DNA of 58,157 bases from a virus. Its lineage: Duplodnaviria > Caudoviricetes. Shown piece after piece: positions 16,198 to 24,902 of this stretch (position 1 is its first letter; the number at the start of each line of letters is the position of its first letter). The stretch lies in IMG/VR virus record IMGVR_UViG_3300023220_000531, positions 1 through 58,157 of that record. One strand, 5' to 3'. Both the position numbers and the translations under genes were made by a program. The notes under the pieces were generated by a model. That model saw nothing but the letters and a program-made list of their open reading frames with translations. It did no database searches and was not told where the DNA came from.

Positions 16198-16520
16198 TAT
16201 TCACCAACCACTTTATCTATTGTAAAAATCTGTCCCTTAAATTTATTTAGTACCCTGGAAACCATCACATCAATATCACTCTCAGCGAATATTTTTTGGT
16301 ATCCGTCATTGGTATCCCAATCAATAAAATAAAAGAGTTCCCCGATCGCTTGAACGATATAACCGCCAACACTGTCAGAGCCGATAAAATAACAAAGGTG
16401 TAATTGTTTTCTCCCTTTTCCCCAGTTCGATTTTGCTACACTTCCTCTAACTGCATCAGGGAATATACCAGTCAATCGTTCGCGTATTTCTTCTATGTCA
16501 TCAACAGTTTTCATTAGCAT
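16197..16520 (-). CDS. Hypothetical protein
   Basis: Coupled ORF. Confidence 0.6.
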   Translation of the reverse strand: MLMKTVDDIEEIRERLTGIFPDAVRGSVAKSNWGKGRKQLHLCYFIGSDSVGGYIVQAIGELFYFIDWDTNDGYQKIFAESDIDVMVSRVLNKFKGQIFTIDKVVGE

Positions 16521-16951
16521 TCCATCATTATTACGCGCGTTATCTTGTAGTATTTATGCCAGAAAACATCTTCCCATTCACCAGACTCTTCGAGCGTTAC
16601 TATTGTGGACCCTTCTTTTGGCAAGATATCAAAATTCAAATCGTTTTCTATGCAGTCGGTGATTAGAGAAATATCGTCAACGCCACCGATCGAGGATAAA
16701 TCTAGCGCACCAATAAATGAACTAAGGTGAACGCTGTATTCTCCTTCTTTGGGATCACAATCTAGTTCTGTACCAATAATGACTTGGACGGTGTTTATTT
16801 CTCTGTCTTCAATTTTCTGTTTTACTATTTCGATATCATTATTAAGTGGAGCATGAAACGGTTCGTTAAAATCTTCTTCGCTCATACCGTCATTAAGAAA
16901 ATCGCCGCCAATTTCATCGCTTTCAGGCTCGTTGTTGTCTTGTTCACACAT
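16514..16951 (-). CDS. Highly acidic hypothetical protein
   Basis: About 36 D/E versus about 8 K/R in 145 aa; AAGG RBS. Confidence 0.65.
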   Translation of the reverse strand: MCEQDNNEPESDEIGGDFLNDGMSEEDFNEPFHAPLNNDIEIVKQKIEDREINTVQVIIGTELDCDPKEGEYSVHLSSFIGALDLSSIGGVDDISLITDCIENDLNFDILPKEGSTIVTLEESGEWEDVFWHKYYKITRVIMMEC

Positions 16952-17010
16952 GGTTATTACCTTGATTAAAAGTGCCCGTTCATGCTGACCCGGGCTAGGA
17001 CCTGGACTAG

Positions 17011-18291
17011 TTAAGCCTCGTACTTACCATCGACAATAACTATTTCTTGTGGCTCGATATCGCCGCGGCTTACCCTGGTAGATAAGACTTGAATTCCTTC
17101 GCCGTTAAATAGTGTTTGAAGCTTTAGAAAATCATCCTTCGACATTGATTCAACACCATCCATTCGAACAACCTTCAGTGGATGGGCTTTTATATCCTCA
17201 ATGGCAAGCGCTGCGCATACCAGCATTTGCTCTGATTCACCGAGGTTTGAAAGAAGACAGTCATTGTATATAACGTTGCCGTCTTCAATGGTTAGCCCAG
17301 GGATAGGCCAAGCGGCTGATTCTAGCGCTTTGGATTTAATCTCGACCATTTCTCTAACGTCCACGTCAGCTTTTCTATGGGCTTCAACCGCTTGTTCGTG
17401 ACGCTCTGATTGATCAAGCCAATTTTTATGAGTAGATGCTGTCTCGTTGATTTGTTGAGAATTGTTAATCTGTCCAGTTACTTCGTCGGTGTCGTGGTCT
17501 ACCAATTTCGCAACGGCTTCATTCCCTGATTTTATCCGAGATATGAGGGTTTCATATGTGGCCTTTGCGCCGTTAAGCTCGCATTCTTTTTCTATCAACT
17601 CCTTTTTTATCGCTTCGATATCGTCAACTATTTCGTTTATATTTTCTTCTTCGTCGGTTTTCTTATCGACAAGCCCAGCAAGGAAATCACGAGTTTTTTG
17701 ATTATCGGCATTGGTTACTTGCATCTTATCGCGACTAGAAATCAGTTCAGAAATATCAACGGCTTCTGCCTTTTCTGGTTCTTCACCGACCTTTAATAAT
17801 TCGGCTTTTCTGTGCAAATCCAACCGCTCTTCACTAAGCGATTCAATTTTGTTTTCAGTCTCGGTTAAATCGATATCGAGCTTTGCAGACTTCAGAAGCG
17901 TTTCACTTTGCGCCTTTGGTTTTAAACTCATTATCTGATGAGGATTGACAGACAGATCACTAATCATTTTTTTGAAATCAGAGACTGTAATGGTGGACTT
18001 TTTACCCTTCTCATTGATTGCTGTCAGGGTCACATTTGAGCCACTAGGCGTTGTTTTTCGCTCGGCGTATATAGTTTTGCTACCATCACTCAAAGTAACC
18101 GCTATGGTGCCTTTCTTTTCGCCATGGCGTAACATATCGCTACGCTTAGACAAAATATCGTGAAGAGCTGTTATCGCTGTTGTTTTTCCTGTGCCGGTAC
18201 CACCAGACATTTCCAGGTTGTTACCGTTTAAATTTACGTCAAAGCATTCAATGACGCCTGTATTTACTATTTGTATCGATGTTATTTGCAT
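17011..18291 (-). CDS. Rad50/SbcC/RecN-like coiled-coil ATPase
   Basis: Walker A GGTGTGKT, long coiled coil, degenerate signature LGESEQ, Walker B VVRMDGVE. Confidence 0.85.
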   Translation of the reverse strand: MQITSIQIVNTGVIECFDVNLNGNNLEMSGGTGTGKTTAITALHDILSKRSDMLRHGEKKGTIAVTLSDGSKTIYAERKTTPSGSNVTLTAINEKGKKSTITVSDFKKMISDLSVNPHQIMSLKPKAQSETLLKSAKLDIDLTETENKIESLSEERLDLHRKAELLKVGEEPEKAEAVDISELISSRDKMQVTNADNQKTRDFLAGLVDKKTDEEENINEIVDDIEAIKKELIEKECELNGAKATYETLISRIKSGNEAVAKLVDHDTDEVTGQINNSQQINETASTHKNWLDQSERHEQAVEAHRKADVDVREMVEIKSKALESAAWPIPGLTIEDGNVIYNDCLLSNLGESEQMLVCAALAIEDIKAHPLKVVRMDGVESMSKDDFLKLQTLFNGEGIQVLSTRVSRGDIEPQEIVIVDGKYEA

Positions 18292-18296
18292 TTTTA

Positions 18297-18935
18297 TTAC
18301 TCCGATAAAAGGATTTTATAGCTTTCGACTAGGGTGTTAAATTCAAGCAATTCTATTTCCATTGCTTCAATAAAGGTTTCGTCGCGCTCGACTCGAATAA
18401 TGGTCAAGTCTTTGCCAATTGATTTAAGCGCAGGGCAATATAAAACGAAGTCAGACCACTTGCGGCCGGTGATCCATAATTGGCCTTGAACTTGGTCTTC
18501 GCAGCTTGAGATATCGCCATTCAAAAGAATTGGCATTAATGATTTAGGGCTGATGAAACATTTGTATTCAGAGCTTCCGTCATTACCAATAAGGCCATCA
18601 GCGCTGGCACCAAATAACCGATCGTCAGTAAAAACTATTCCTGTGTGCTCGATTAGCATCCCAATCTTTTGCTCATGAAGAAACCTGGCTTCAGGCTCTA
18701 ACTCTCTACCCCGGCGCATTTCAAAGGTGTCAAACTTATCCTCTGAGAGCAGTTCACCGCTAATACGCTCAACGGCTAACCTGAAGGCATATTCTCGCGC
18801 CTTGCCTGTAAAATCACCCTTGTTAGCTCCAGACTTTAACCGCTTTCGGCATTCCTCGAAGTTGCTGGCCGTGATACATCCAGAACGTTCTATAAACCAT
18901 TCCTCAGATCCTTGCTCGCAATCTATGACTATCAT
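18297..18935 (-). CDS. YqaJ / lambda-exonuclease family recombination nuclease
   Basis: QGSEEW..R.G.ITAS, RGRELEPEAR, GASADG, EYKC and QVQGQLW motifs. Confidence 0.93.
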   Translation of the reverse strand: MIVIDCEQGSEEWFIERSGCITASNFEECRKRLKSGANKGDFTGKAREYAFRLAVERISGELLSEDKFDTFEMRRGRELEPEARFLHEQKIGMLIEHTGIVFTDDRLFGASADGLIGNDGSSEYKCFISPKSLMPILLNGDISSCEDQVQGQLWITGRKWSDFVLYCPALKSIGKDLTIIRVERDETFIEAMEIELLEFNTLVESYKILLSE

Positions 18936-19705
18936 GCCTCTTTCTCCATTAGTGATTTAAGGTGGTTCATGCAGGCGTCGTACCTAACCGCCCAAAGCTC
19001 TTCTACTTTATTCACCCGCGCTTTTTTGCAAATGTAATCATAATCTTCACCAACAGCCTTTGCGGCACCTATAAGCTTTTTAACCTGTTCTGGCGTGACT
19101 GTTGGTTGGGTTGGTGGATTTCCGTCTTTGTCTTCTTCGGCTACTGCAATGTTAAATATCATACAAAAAAGATATCTCCTCCCATACGACAATGTGGATC
19201 CAGCGGCATGCACCCCAGTTTTATTAGCGGTTCCCTTTATTCCAGAACCATCAGGTGGCAAGTCTAAAAAATAGTGTTTACTGTGGCCAGCGTTGTGCAT
19301 TACTTCGCAGGTAACGCGAATGTAGGTTTCTATTGGAGAAATATCTGTTCCAAATGAAAGCGCGAAACCGTTTCTAGTGTAAGTTGATTGAGTAGTGATA
19401 AGAATGCTTTCAAATTTTGCATAACTACTATTGGTTTGTTTGTTTTCGGCATCCTTTACAACCGTTGGCATTTCTTCCTGGCAGATAGCCATCGATTTTT
19501 TATATGATTGGACAGCGTCGCGCTCAACCATATCAACATGCATGACCATTAAGCGCTCCATCTTATCGACATCGCTATTTGGGTCAGATGCCACTTTCTG
19601 AATGATAGATAAAATCGCGCCTGCGTTATCCATCACTACAGCAACATCTTTGCTTTCTTCTGCAACAAGTACTTCTGATTCAATTACTTCTGATTCAAAT
19701 TCCAT
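18932..19705 (-). CDS. erf: ERF family single-strand annealing protein
   Basis: KDAEN...SYA, GSTLSYGRRY..FNIA..EDKDG. Confidence 0.9.
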   Translation of the reverse strand: MEFESEVIESEVLVAEESKDVAVVMDNAGAILSIIQKVASDPNSDVDKMERLMVMHVDMVERDAVQSYKKSMAICQEEMPTVVKDAENKQTNSSYAKFESILITTQSTYTRNGFALSFGTDISPIETYIRVTCEVMHNAGHSKHYFLDLPPDGSGIKGTANKTGVHAAGSTLSYGRRYLFCMIFNIAVAEEDKDGNPPTQPTVTPEQVKKLIGAAKAVGEDYDYICKKARVNKVEELWAVRYDACMNHLKSLMEKEA

Positions 19706-19786
19706 TGTTATTTCCTCTATAAAAACTACATTTTACTATCGTTTGCGGGATTGAATTATTACCATCACGTTAAACTTTTGTAATGT

Positions 19787-20215
19787 TTACATTGCCAATC
19801 GGCTAATCGCATCACTCATGCAGCCTTCACAATGAATGGTATCTACTGGTGCGGCATAGTCACCTTCTCCAGACTCATCAACCCGAAGACAATCGCCACA
19901 GTAGAAACAGTTAATTATTTCGCCTCTTTCCGACTTGTCCTCCCTTAAATCCATATCGTCGGTAATATCGTCTATATCCTCTACTTCATCTTCATGAAAT
20001 TCTTTTGGTGTAAAACTTCGGAGGAAAGCAGCTTTATTTTCATGTTGAATAATTTCGTTTTCTGACAGTAATCGACCGTTATCAGCTTTTACTTTATAAC
20101 CTTTTCTTGCGGTGCCATTTTTTACGTGATCAATCGCAGCAGCCAATGACTCACCTTTATTCAATTGATAGATTCCATGGTCATTAAGCAGCTCTCTTGC
20201 TTCAGATATATTCAA
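19787..20215 (-). CDS. Hypothetical protein with a C-terminal Zn ribbon
   Basis: CFYC...HCEGC; GAGGGG RBS. Confidence 0.6.
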   Translation of the reverse strand: MNISEARELLNDHGIYQLNKGESLAAAIDHVKNGTARKGYKVKADNGRLLSENEIIQHENKAAFLRSFTPKEFHEDEVEDIDDITDDMDLREDKSERGEIINCFYCGDCLRVDESGEGDYAAPVDTIHCEGCMSDAISRLAM

Positions 20216-20400
20216 GATTCTTCCCCTCTATAATATGCATAAGCACCAATACACTTATTAACGATTTGCACGTTCAAAAATATCGACCTGTTCTGCTCTT
20301 TCTCGGTCAACCTGCATGTCATGCGCTTTTTACGAAGGACAATCAATTCCTGCATATCGGCATCGTTCATTATTATGTTTATCTCAACCCGATTACTCAT
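20212..20400 (-). CDS. Hypothetical protein (ATG 20400)
   Basis: GGGGG RBS; avoids a long overlap with the upstream gene. Confidence 0.55.
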   Translation of the reverse strand: MSNRVEINIIMNDADMQELIVLRKKRMTCRLTEKEQNRSIFLNVQIVNKCIGAYAYYRGEES

Positions 20401-20614
20401 AAATCCCCCAATCTTCAGCAGTGTCTTTATCTTCGGCGCAAAGTTTGCAGCATCCGCTATCCTTATGATCGTGGACAATTGCCATATCCCGGACAACAAA
20501 CCGTTTTTCACACTCTTCACATTTGAATTCCATCTGGTTTCTATCCATGCCTGAATTTAGTTGCCAAAGGTCGTCGGCTTCCCTGGCTCTATCCATTTGA
20601 AGTTCGTGGTTCAT
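20393..20614 (-). CDS. Zn-finger small protein
   Basis: CEEC...CKLC; ATGA coupling. Confidence 0.6.
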   Translation of the reverse strand: MNHELQMDRAREADDLWQLNSGMDRNQMEFKCEECEKRFVVRDMAIVHDHKDSGCCKLCAEDKDTAEDWGIYE

Positions 20615-20850
20615 AGTAGTGATCCTTGTACTTCGTTGGATGAATCAATAACGGTTATCTTGGTTTCCAATATGCTTCTATAGCTGATAGCCAGAACCGC
20701 ACCACAACCTCCGTCTTCTCCATTTTCAGGCAATGCACATTGGTAAGTCGTGCCAACACTCCAGGCGCTTTCGATCTTACTGACGTTTAATTGCTTAAGC
20801 TGTTGCTTCTGGCAAACAGGACATTCAATTTGTATTTTTGCGGGGATCAT
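20611..20850 (-). CDS. Zn-ribbon protein, first gene of the leftward arm
   Basis: CPVC...C...GCG; GAGG RBS. Confidence 0.65.
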   Translation of the reverse strand: MIPAKIQIECPVCQKQQLKQLNVSKIESAWSVGTTYQCALPENGEDGGCGAVLAISYRSILETKITVIDSSNEVQGSLL

Positions 20851-20880
20851 TTTCTTTGCCTCGTTTATTTGTATGAAGCA

Positions 20881-20916
20881 ATATTAATTGACATTAAGTG
20901 ATTATGCAAGTATATT
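20881..20916. promoter_or_regulatory. Overlapping divergent sigma70 promoters (PL/PR-like)
   Basis: + strand TTGACA(20888)-N17-TATATT; - strand TTGCAT(20909)-N17-TAATAT. Confidence 0.8.
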
Positions 20917-20958
20917 TGGTAATAAATATTAATTAACGTTAACTATAGAGGCAACAGA

Positions 20959-21153
20959 ATGAACAACAAAGACAGAATGACGACAGTTGAAGCGGCTGAA
21001 TATTTAGGCTTAAGCACTGGGAGTCTTAGTAATATGAGAAGTATTGGAAATGGACCTGATTTTTATAAAATGGGTGGAATATTCTATAAACAAACTGATC
21101 TTGACATATTCATTGAAAGTAGAAGGCGTTCAAGCTCTAGTAAAAAAGGATAG
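20959..21153 (+). CDS. Excisionase/AlpA-like HTH DNA-binding protein
   Basis: MTTVEAAEYLGLS..SL.NMR..G.GPDFYK...FY...DLD.FI. Confidence 0.85.
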   Translation: MNNKDRMTTVEAAEYLGLSTGSLSNMRSIGNGPDFYKMGGIFYKQTDLDIFIESRRRSSSSKKG

Positions 21154-21159
21154 CCTTAC

Positions 21160-21459
21160 ATGAAATACCGAGGCCACAACGCCAAGCGTGACGCTAATGA
21201 GCCAGAAATAGTTGACGCTCTTCGTGCTATTGGTTGCAGCGTTGAATACCTCAGTAAGCCATTAGACCTGCTTGTAGGCTATCGAGGTGTAACGTTTCTT
21301 ATCGAGGTAAAAGGCGAGAAAGGCACATTAACCAAAGATCAGAAAGAGTTTTTACCTACTTGGCGAGGACAGTTGGCCGTTGTGCGAACATCTGACCAGG
21401 CCATTGGCGTTGTCACCGGAAAATACAAAGATCGCGGCTCAAAAATTCACTTTAGTTAA
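21160..21459 (+). CDS. VRR-NUC / PD-(D/E)XK nuclease (Holliday junction resolvase-like)
   Basis: KRDANEPEIV.AL, PLDLLVG...LIEVK...LT.DQ..F. Confidence 0.85.
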   Translation: MKYRGHNAKRDANEPEIVDALRAIGCSVEYLSKPLDLLVGYRGVTFLIEVKGEKGTLTKDQKEFLPTWRGQLAVVRTSDQAIGVVTGKYKDRGSKIHFS

Positions 21460-21465
21460 CGGGGA

Positions 21466-21732
21466 ATGAATATGTTTAGGCTCATAAAACAATACGATAA
21501 CTCTGGTCTTGAACTAGGTGAAACAATAACGCTGCCAGATGATAGGTTTATTTATGCCGATACAAAGAAAACGCACTGCGATGCTGAATTCTTTAGAGAC
21601 TGGCCAGAATTTTTTGAAGAATTAGAAGAACCTGCCAACCGAACGATTGCCGTTTTAGGAGATAAATATGAGAGCGAGAGATGTAGCATTAGCTTTGAAT
21701 ATGGGTGTGCAGTACCAATGCTCTATAAATAA
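21466..21732 (+). CDS. Hypothetical protein
   Basis: GGGG RBS; WPEFFEE motif. Confidence 0.6.
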   Translation: MNMFRLIKQYDNSGLELGETITLPDDRFIYADTKKTHCDAEFFRDWPEFFEELEEPANRTIAVLGDKYESERCSISFEYGCAVPMLYK

Positions 21733-21909
21733 GATCGGTGAAAGTCATAAGTGCAATCAAGGTTGCGGAGAAGGCTGGTGTGGTAGAAACGAAGATATTC
21801 ACCAGCAAAAGCTGCTCAGGTTGATGGGAGTGGAAAACAAAGATCTTGAGAGAATTTAATAATGTACTTTTAACGATTTAATTGATCCAAATCAAACAAG
21901 GAATAAATA

Positions 21910-22080
21910 ATGAAACAATCAATCAGTCAATACATAGCCGCTAATTACATCTCTATAGCCCAATTTGCACGCATACACGGAGTTTACCCGCAGTCAGTAA
22001 CGAAGTGGATCAATAAGGGATATATAGTTGTCGATGGGGCTCTATACAGCCCTAGGCGTAAGCTGTGTGATCGCCATTAA
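21910..22080 (+). CDS. 56-aa Cro-like HTH protein (not in ORF track)
   Basis: SIAQFARIHGVYPQSVTKWINKG HTH; AAGGA RBS. Confidence 0.75.
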   Translation: MKQSISQYIAANYISIAQFARIHGVYPQSVTKWINKGYIVVDGALYSPRRKLCDRH

Positions 22081-22108
22081 AATTAATGTACTTTGACGGG
22101 AGTTAAAA

Positions 22109-22423
22109 ATGACCGAGAAAATAAAGATTTCTGATAAAGAGCTACTTTCGATGTGGCGACACAGTTGCGGCAAAGCTCGCTCTGATTTATACGAAGCCGC
22201 CACACACGAAAAAGGTCCTTATTCGTTAACAGTCCCCAGCCTTTCTTTAAGAATTTTTGCCGAAATGGTCCAGGCCAAGACAGAGCAGTCGATTAATGAC
22301 AACGCCGAATGGGTTTGCCCTGAATGCAACGACAAAGGCACCTACCAGGAAATCAGAACGCCGATCGATAGAGGTGTGGATTCGTGTCCTGAATGCGGCA
22401 CTGAAGTTAAACCCATATTATAA
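22109..22423 (+). CDS. Zn-ribbon hypothetical protein
   Basis: CPEC...CPECG; GGGAG RBS. Confidence 0.65.
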   Translation: MTEKIKISDKELLSMWRHSCGKARSDLYEAATHEKGPYSLTVPSLSLRIFAEMVQAKTEQSINDNAEWVCPECNDKGTYQEIRTPIDRGVDSCPECGTEVKPIL

Positions 22424-22446
22424 AATTGTACGGAGGGAGAAGTTAG

Positions 22447-22644
22447 ATGAGTGAATACCTATTTAAAATTTCGGTGGTAGCAAGCAATCAATGGCAAAAG
22501 AAAATGAAACCTGTATATGCTGTTTCTACAGATAAAGAAAGCGCGAAAAAATATGTTGAAATACACCTTAGATTTCCTTATCACGCTGGCAAGGTGACGC
22601 AACTTGGTAAGGCGCTAGGGTCAAAAATGTTCAGTGGTAATTAG
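22447..22644 (+). CDS. Hypothetical protein
   Basis: GGAGGGAG RBS. Confidence 0.6.
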   Translation: MSEYLFKISVVASNQWQKKMKPVYAVSTDKESAKKYVEIHLRFPYHAGKVTQLGKALGSKMFSGN

Positions 22645-22693
22645 TTTAAATGTACTTTTAACGCTTTAACCCACCAACCAACAGAGGCGGTGA

Positions 22694-22888
22694 ATGATGG
22701 AACCTGAAAAATTCGACGAATTGTACCCAATTGGGACTAAATTTAAATATTACCCTATCTTCGGCAGTCCAGAGTTTGAAGAAGTTGAAACTCGCTCGAT
22801 TGCATGGGCACTTGGACATGGCGAGGTGGTAGTAAAAGTAACTGGGCGAACTAGTGGCGTATGTATCAGCCATCTTGTTCAGATATAG
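22694..22888 (+). CDS. Small phage protein
   Basis: F...YPIGT.F.Y....TRS.AW.LGHG..VVKV pattern. Confidence 0.65.
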   Translation: MMEPEKFDELYPIGTKFKYYPIFGSPEFEEVETRSIAWALGHGEVVVKVTGRTSGVCISHLVQI

Positions 22889-22897
22889 GAGATCGTA

Positions 22898-23122
22898 ATG
22901 AAATGCAATAAATGTGACAGCTGCGGTGGTAAAAAGACTTATGAAAATCAGGTTTTCATGCCTATCAACGGCAAGGTTAGAAATATTGACTGGTGCATCC
23001 ACAGTATCGTTGCGGCGCTGAATGCCTCGGGGATATATACTTCTGCTTGCTGCTGTGGTCACGGTAAACAGGATGGCCGTATTGACCTGGAAGATGGGCG
23101 AATATTGATTATAAAGAAATGA
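22898..23122 (+). CDS. Cys-rich hypothetical protein
   Basis: ID.CI..IV.ALN..G..T..CCCGHG; AGGAG RBS. Confidence 0.65.
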   Translation: MKCNKCDSCGGKKTYENQVFMPINGKVRNIDWCIHSIVAALNASGIYTSACCCGHGKQDGRIDLEDGRILIIKK

Positions 23123-23126
23123 GGAA

Positions 23127-23450
23127 ATGATTATGAGTCATGTAGCAGATATTATTTTAATCACTATGATAGAGGATGGCGCTGATACTGAAGACGGTCA
23201 TCCTAATGCCGACAAACTCAACGACTATCTAAAGGAAAACCATAACGGAGCGAATCTGGTTATGGTAGATGGATATGCTGGCGGAAATAAACATATGCAG
23301 TGCGATGTTTTCATGGCAGCAATTAACTATTTGAATATAAAGGATTTTGTAAAGTCATTCCAGGGAATAGACTGGGAGTATCCAGAAGGTTCTCAGTTGC
23401 TGATTAAGGATGAACATGATGATAAATTCACTGTATACAATAAGGAATAA
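23127..23450 (+). CDS. Hypothetical protein
   Basis: GAGG RBS; GG.K.MQCDV..AA.NY pattern. Confidence 0.65.
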   Translation: MIMSHVADIILITMIEDGADTEDGHPNADKLNDYLKENHNGANLVMVDGYAGGNKHMQCDVFMAAINYLNIKDFVKSFQGIDWEYPEGSQLLIKDEHDDKFTVYNKE

Positions 23451-23452
23451 CC

Positions 23453-23689
23453 ATGTTTTGCGAAGAATGCGGCGGCGTTACAGATGTTATCGATAGCAGG
23501 CCTAATGTCACGCTTGGTCATGCTAAAGACATGCAAATAAAGGTTACTAGGCGAAGAATAGCCTGTAGGCATTGTGGCCATAGATCAACAACTTACGAGT
23601 TATATTCAAAAGATGTGGAGAATATTCACCCAAAAAGTGAAGCCGAGAAAATACTCGATAGGATATCGGATTTAATTAACAATCCGTAA
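23453..23689 (+). CDS. NrdR N-terminal-like Zn-ribbon protein
   Basis: MFCEECGG.T.VIDSR...RRR.C..CG.R.TTYE. Confidence 0.75.
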   Translation: MFCEECGGVTDVIDSRPNVTLGHAKDMQIKVTRRRIACRHCGHRSTTYELYSKDVENIHPKSEAEKILDRISDLINNP

Positions 23690-23699
23690 CGTTCACCAC

Positions 23700-23727
23700 T
23701 TGACTATTTGGGTGGTTGGATTAGTAT
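23700..23727 (+). promoter_or_regulatory. Putative sigma70 promoter of the replication operon
   Basis: TTGACT-N16-TAGTAT. Confidence 0.5.
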
Positions 23728-23733
23728 CTATAA

Positions 23734-23792
23734 CGCGGCTTATCTTTGAGTAGCTCTTGAAGAAACAGCCTACCACCAGTCGGGTTGCCGCG
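23734..23792 (+). ncRNA. Candidate C4/CI-like structured regulatory RNA
   Basis: CGCGGC/GCCGCG closing stem with two internal hairpins; loop CCAGUC complementary to two downstream GACTGG sites. Confidence 0.5.
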
Positions 23793-23829
23793 CATTCTAA
23801 CGACTGGAATCTACAGACTGGCTATCGAT

Positions 23830-24579
23830 ATGAATAAATTTCAATTAGAAGCACTTCACACTAAAGATCTTACCGCGTTAAAAAATCAGATATCTGCCGT
23901 ATTAAATTCAAGGAAAAAAGAAGAAAAATACAGGCGGAAACTTAAACTAGCGAGGGAGCATGAAGGCTTCACGCTGGAAACAGATGAAGAAATAATGAAG
24001 CAAAATTCATCTGGGTTATTTTCTATCCCTAAATATTACGCAAGCAAGCACACAGCAAAAGAAATTTACCTACCTTCCCTAATCAACCAAAACTGGTCTG
24101 GCATCTACAAGGATGGAGGATCTAATGATGAGTTCTATGTGTATGCCCACGTTGACCCATCATCAAAACAATTCACCACAAGGCCTATGTGTGGAGGAAA
24201 TTACGGAGGAACACCGTTTTATATCGGTAAAGGTAGTGGAGATCGTGCACATGATTTAAAAAGGAACCAGGGACACGGTAAAAAAATAACTGAACTGATA
24301 AAAAAGGGGGTTAGTAAGGATTTAATTCCGTACATAATATTTTCTGGTTTGTCTGAAAGTAAAGCATACGAGCTAGAATCGAAATTGATCTATTTTTTTG
24401 GAACGATATACAACAAAGAATCGTCCAAACATGGTGTTTTATTGAATCTGGACATACCAAAAACACCTAACTTTATCTCTGAAATGAAAGAATATAATAA
24501 ACCTGACAGGAAAAAGCACAAAACCAATAAAAAAATAGCTTTCTCCGCATCGCTTTCAGATGTTGGGGGTAATAAATAA
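23830..24579 (+). CDS. LEM-3-like GIY-YIG endonuclease
   Basis: FYVYAH...PFYIGKGSG.R...AYELE..LI...G...L.N; ATG 23830 likely. Confidence 0.85.
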   Translation: MNKFQLEALHTKDLTALKNQISAVLNSRKKEEKYRRKLKLAREHEGFTLETDEEIMKQNSSGLFSIPKYYASKHTAKEIYLPSLINQNWSGIYKDGGSNDEFYVYAHVDPSSKQFTTRPMCGGNYGGTPFYIGKGSGDRAHDLKRNQGHGKKITELIKKGVSKDLIPYIIFSGLSESKAYELESKLIYFFGTIYNKESSKHGVLLNLDIPKTPNFISEMKEYNKPDRKKHKTNKKIAFSASLSDVGGNK

Positions 24580-24902
24580 TGACCACAGGATATAGAAGTA
24601 CAATTTTAGAATGCCCAGTTTGCTACGATGATATGGTTTTCCTCGAGCATATTTCTGGTAATTCCTTCGTTAAATGCAAAAGCCTTTGTGATCCAATACT
24701 TATTCACAAGCATCTGGCTAAACTCGAACCACCAGAACCAAAGAAAAAACCTCTATCAGAACTTGTTTCAGATCAATTTTTCATGGATGTTATTTCATAT
24801 GCTCGCAGCATAGGAAAGGAGATATCGGACGCAGATTTAAAGCATGAACTGATTATCTGGAAGCGAACCAAGGCGACCAGGGAGGCCAATAAAAATGGCT
24901 AA
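24579..24902 (+). CDS. Hypothetical protein
   Basis: TAATG coupling; CPVC..C..C. Confidence 0.55.
   Translation: MTTGYRSTILECPVCYDDMVFLEHISGNSFVKCKSLCDPILIHKHLAKLEPPEPKKKPLSELVSDQFFMDVISYARSIGKEISDADLKHELIIWKRTKATREANKNG

Larger units (their letters stand above)
21860..22663 (+). repeat. Three dispersed intergenic copies of (T/A)AATGTACTTT(TA/G)ACG
   Basis: At 21860-21875, 22084-22098 and 22648-22663, each just after a stop codon. Confidence 0.7.

Noticed and set aside
20959-21153. Excisionase implying a prophage or att site
   Set aside because: No integrase or host flanks were found; the HTH family is also used as a general regulator
23785-23829. TTG start for the GIY-YIG gene
   Set aside because: It falls inside the predicted RNA stem; ATG 23830 is more plausible
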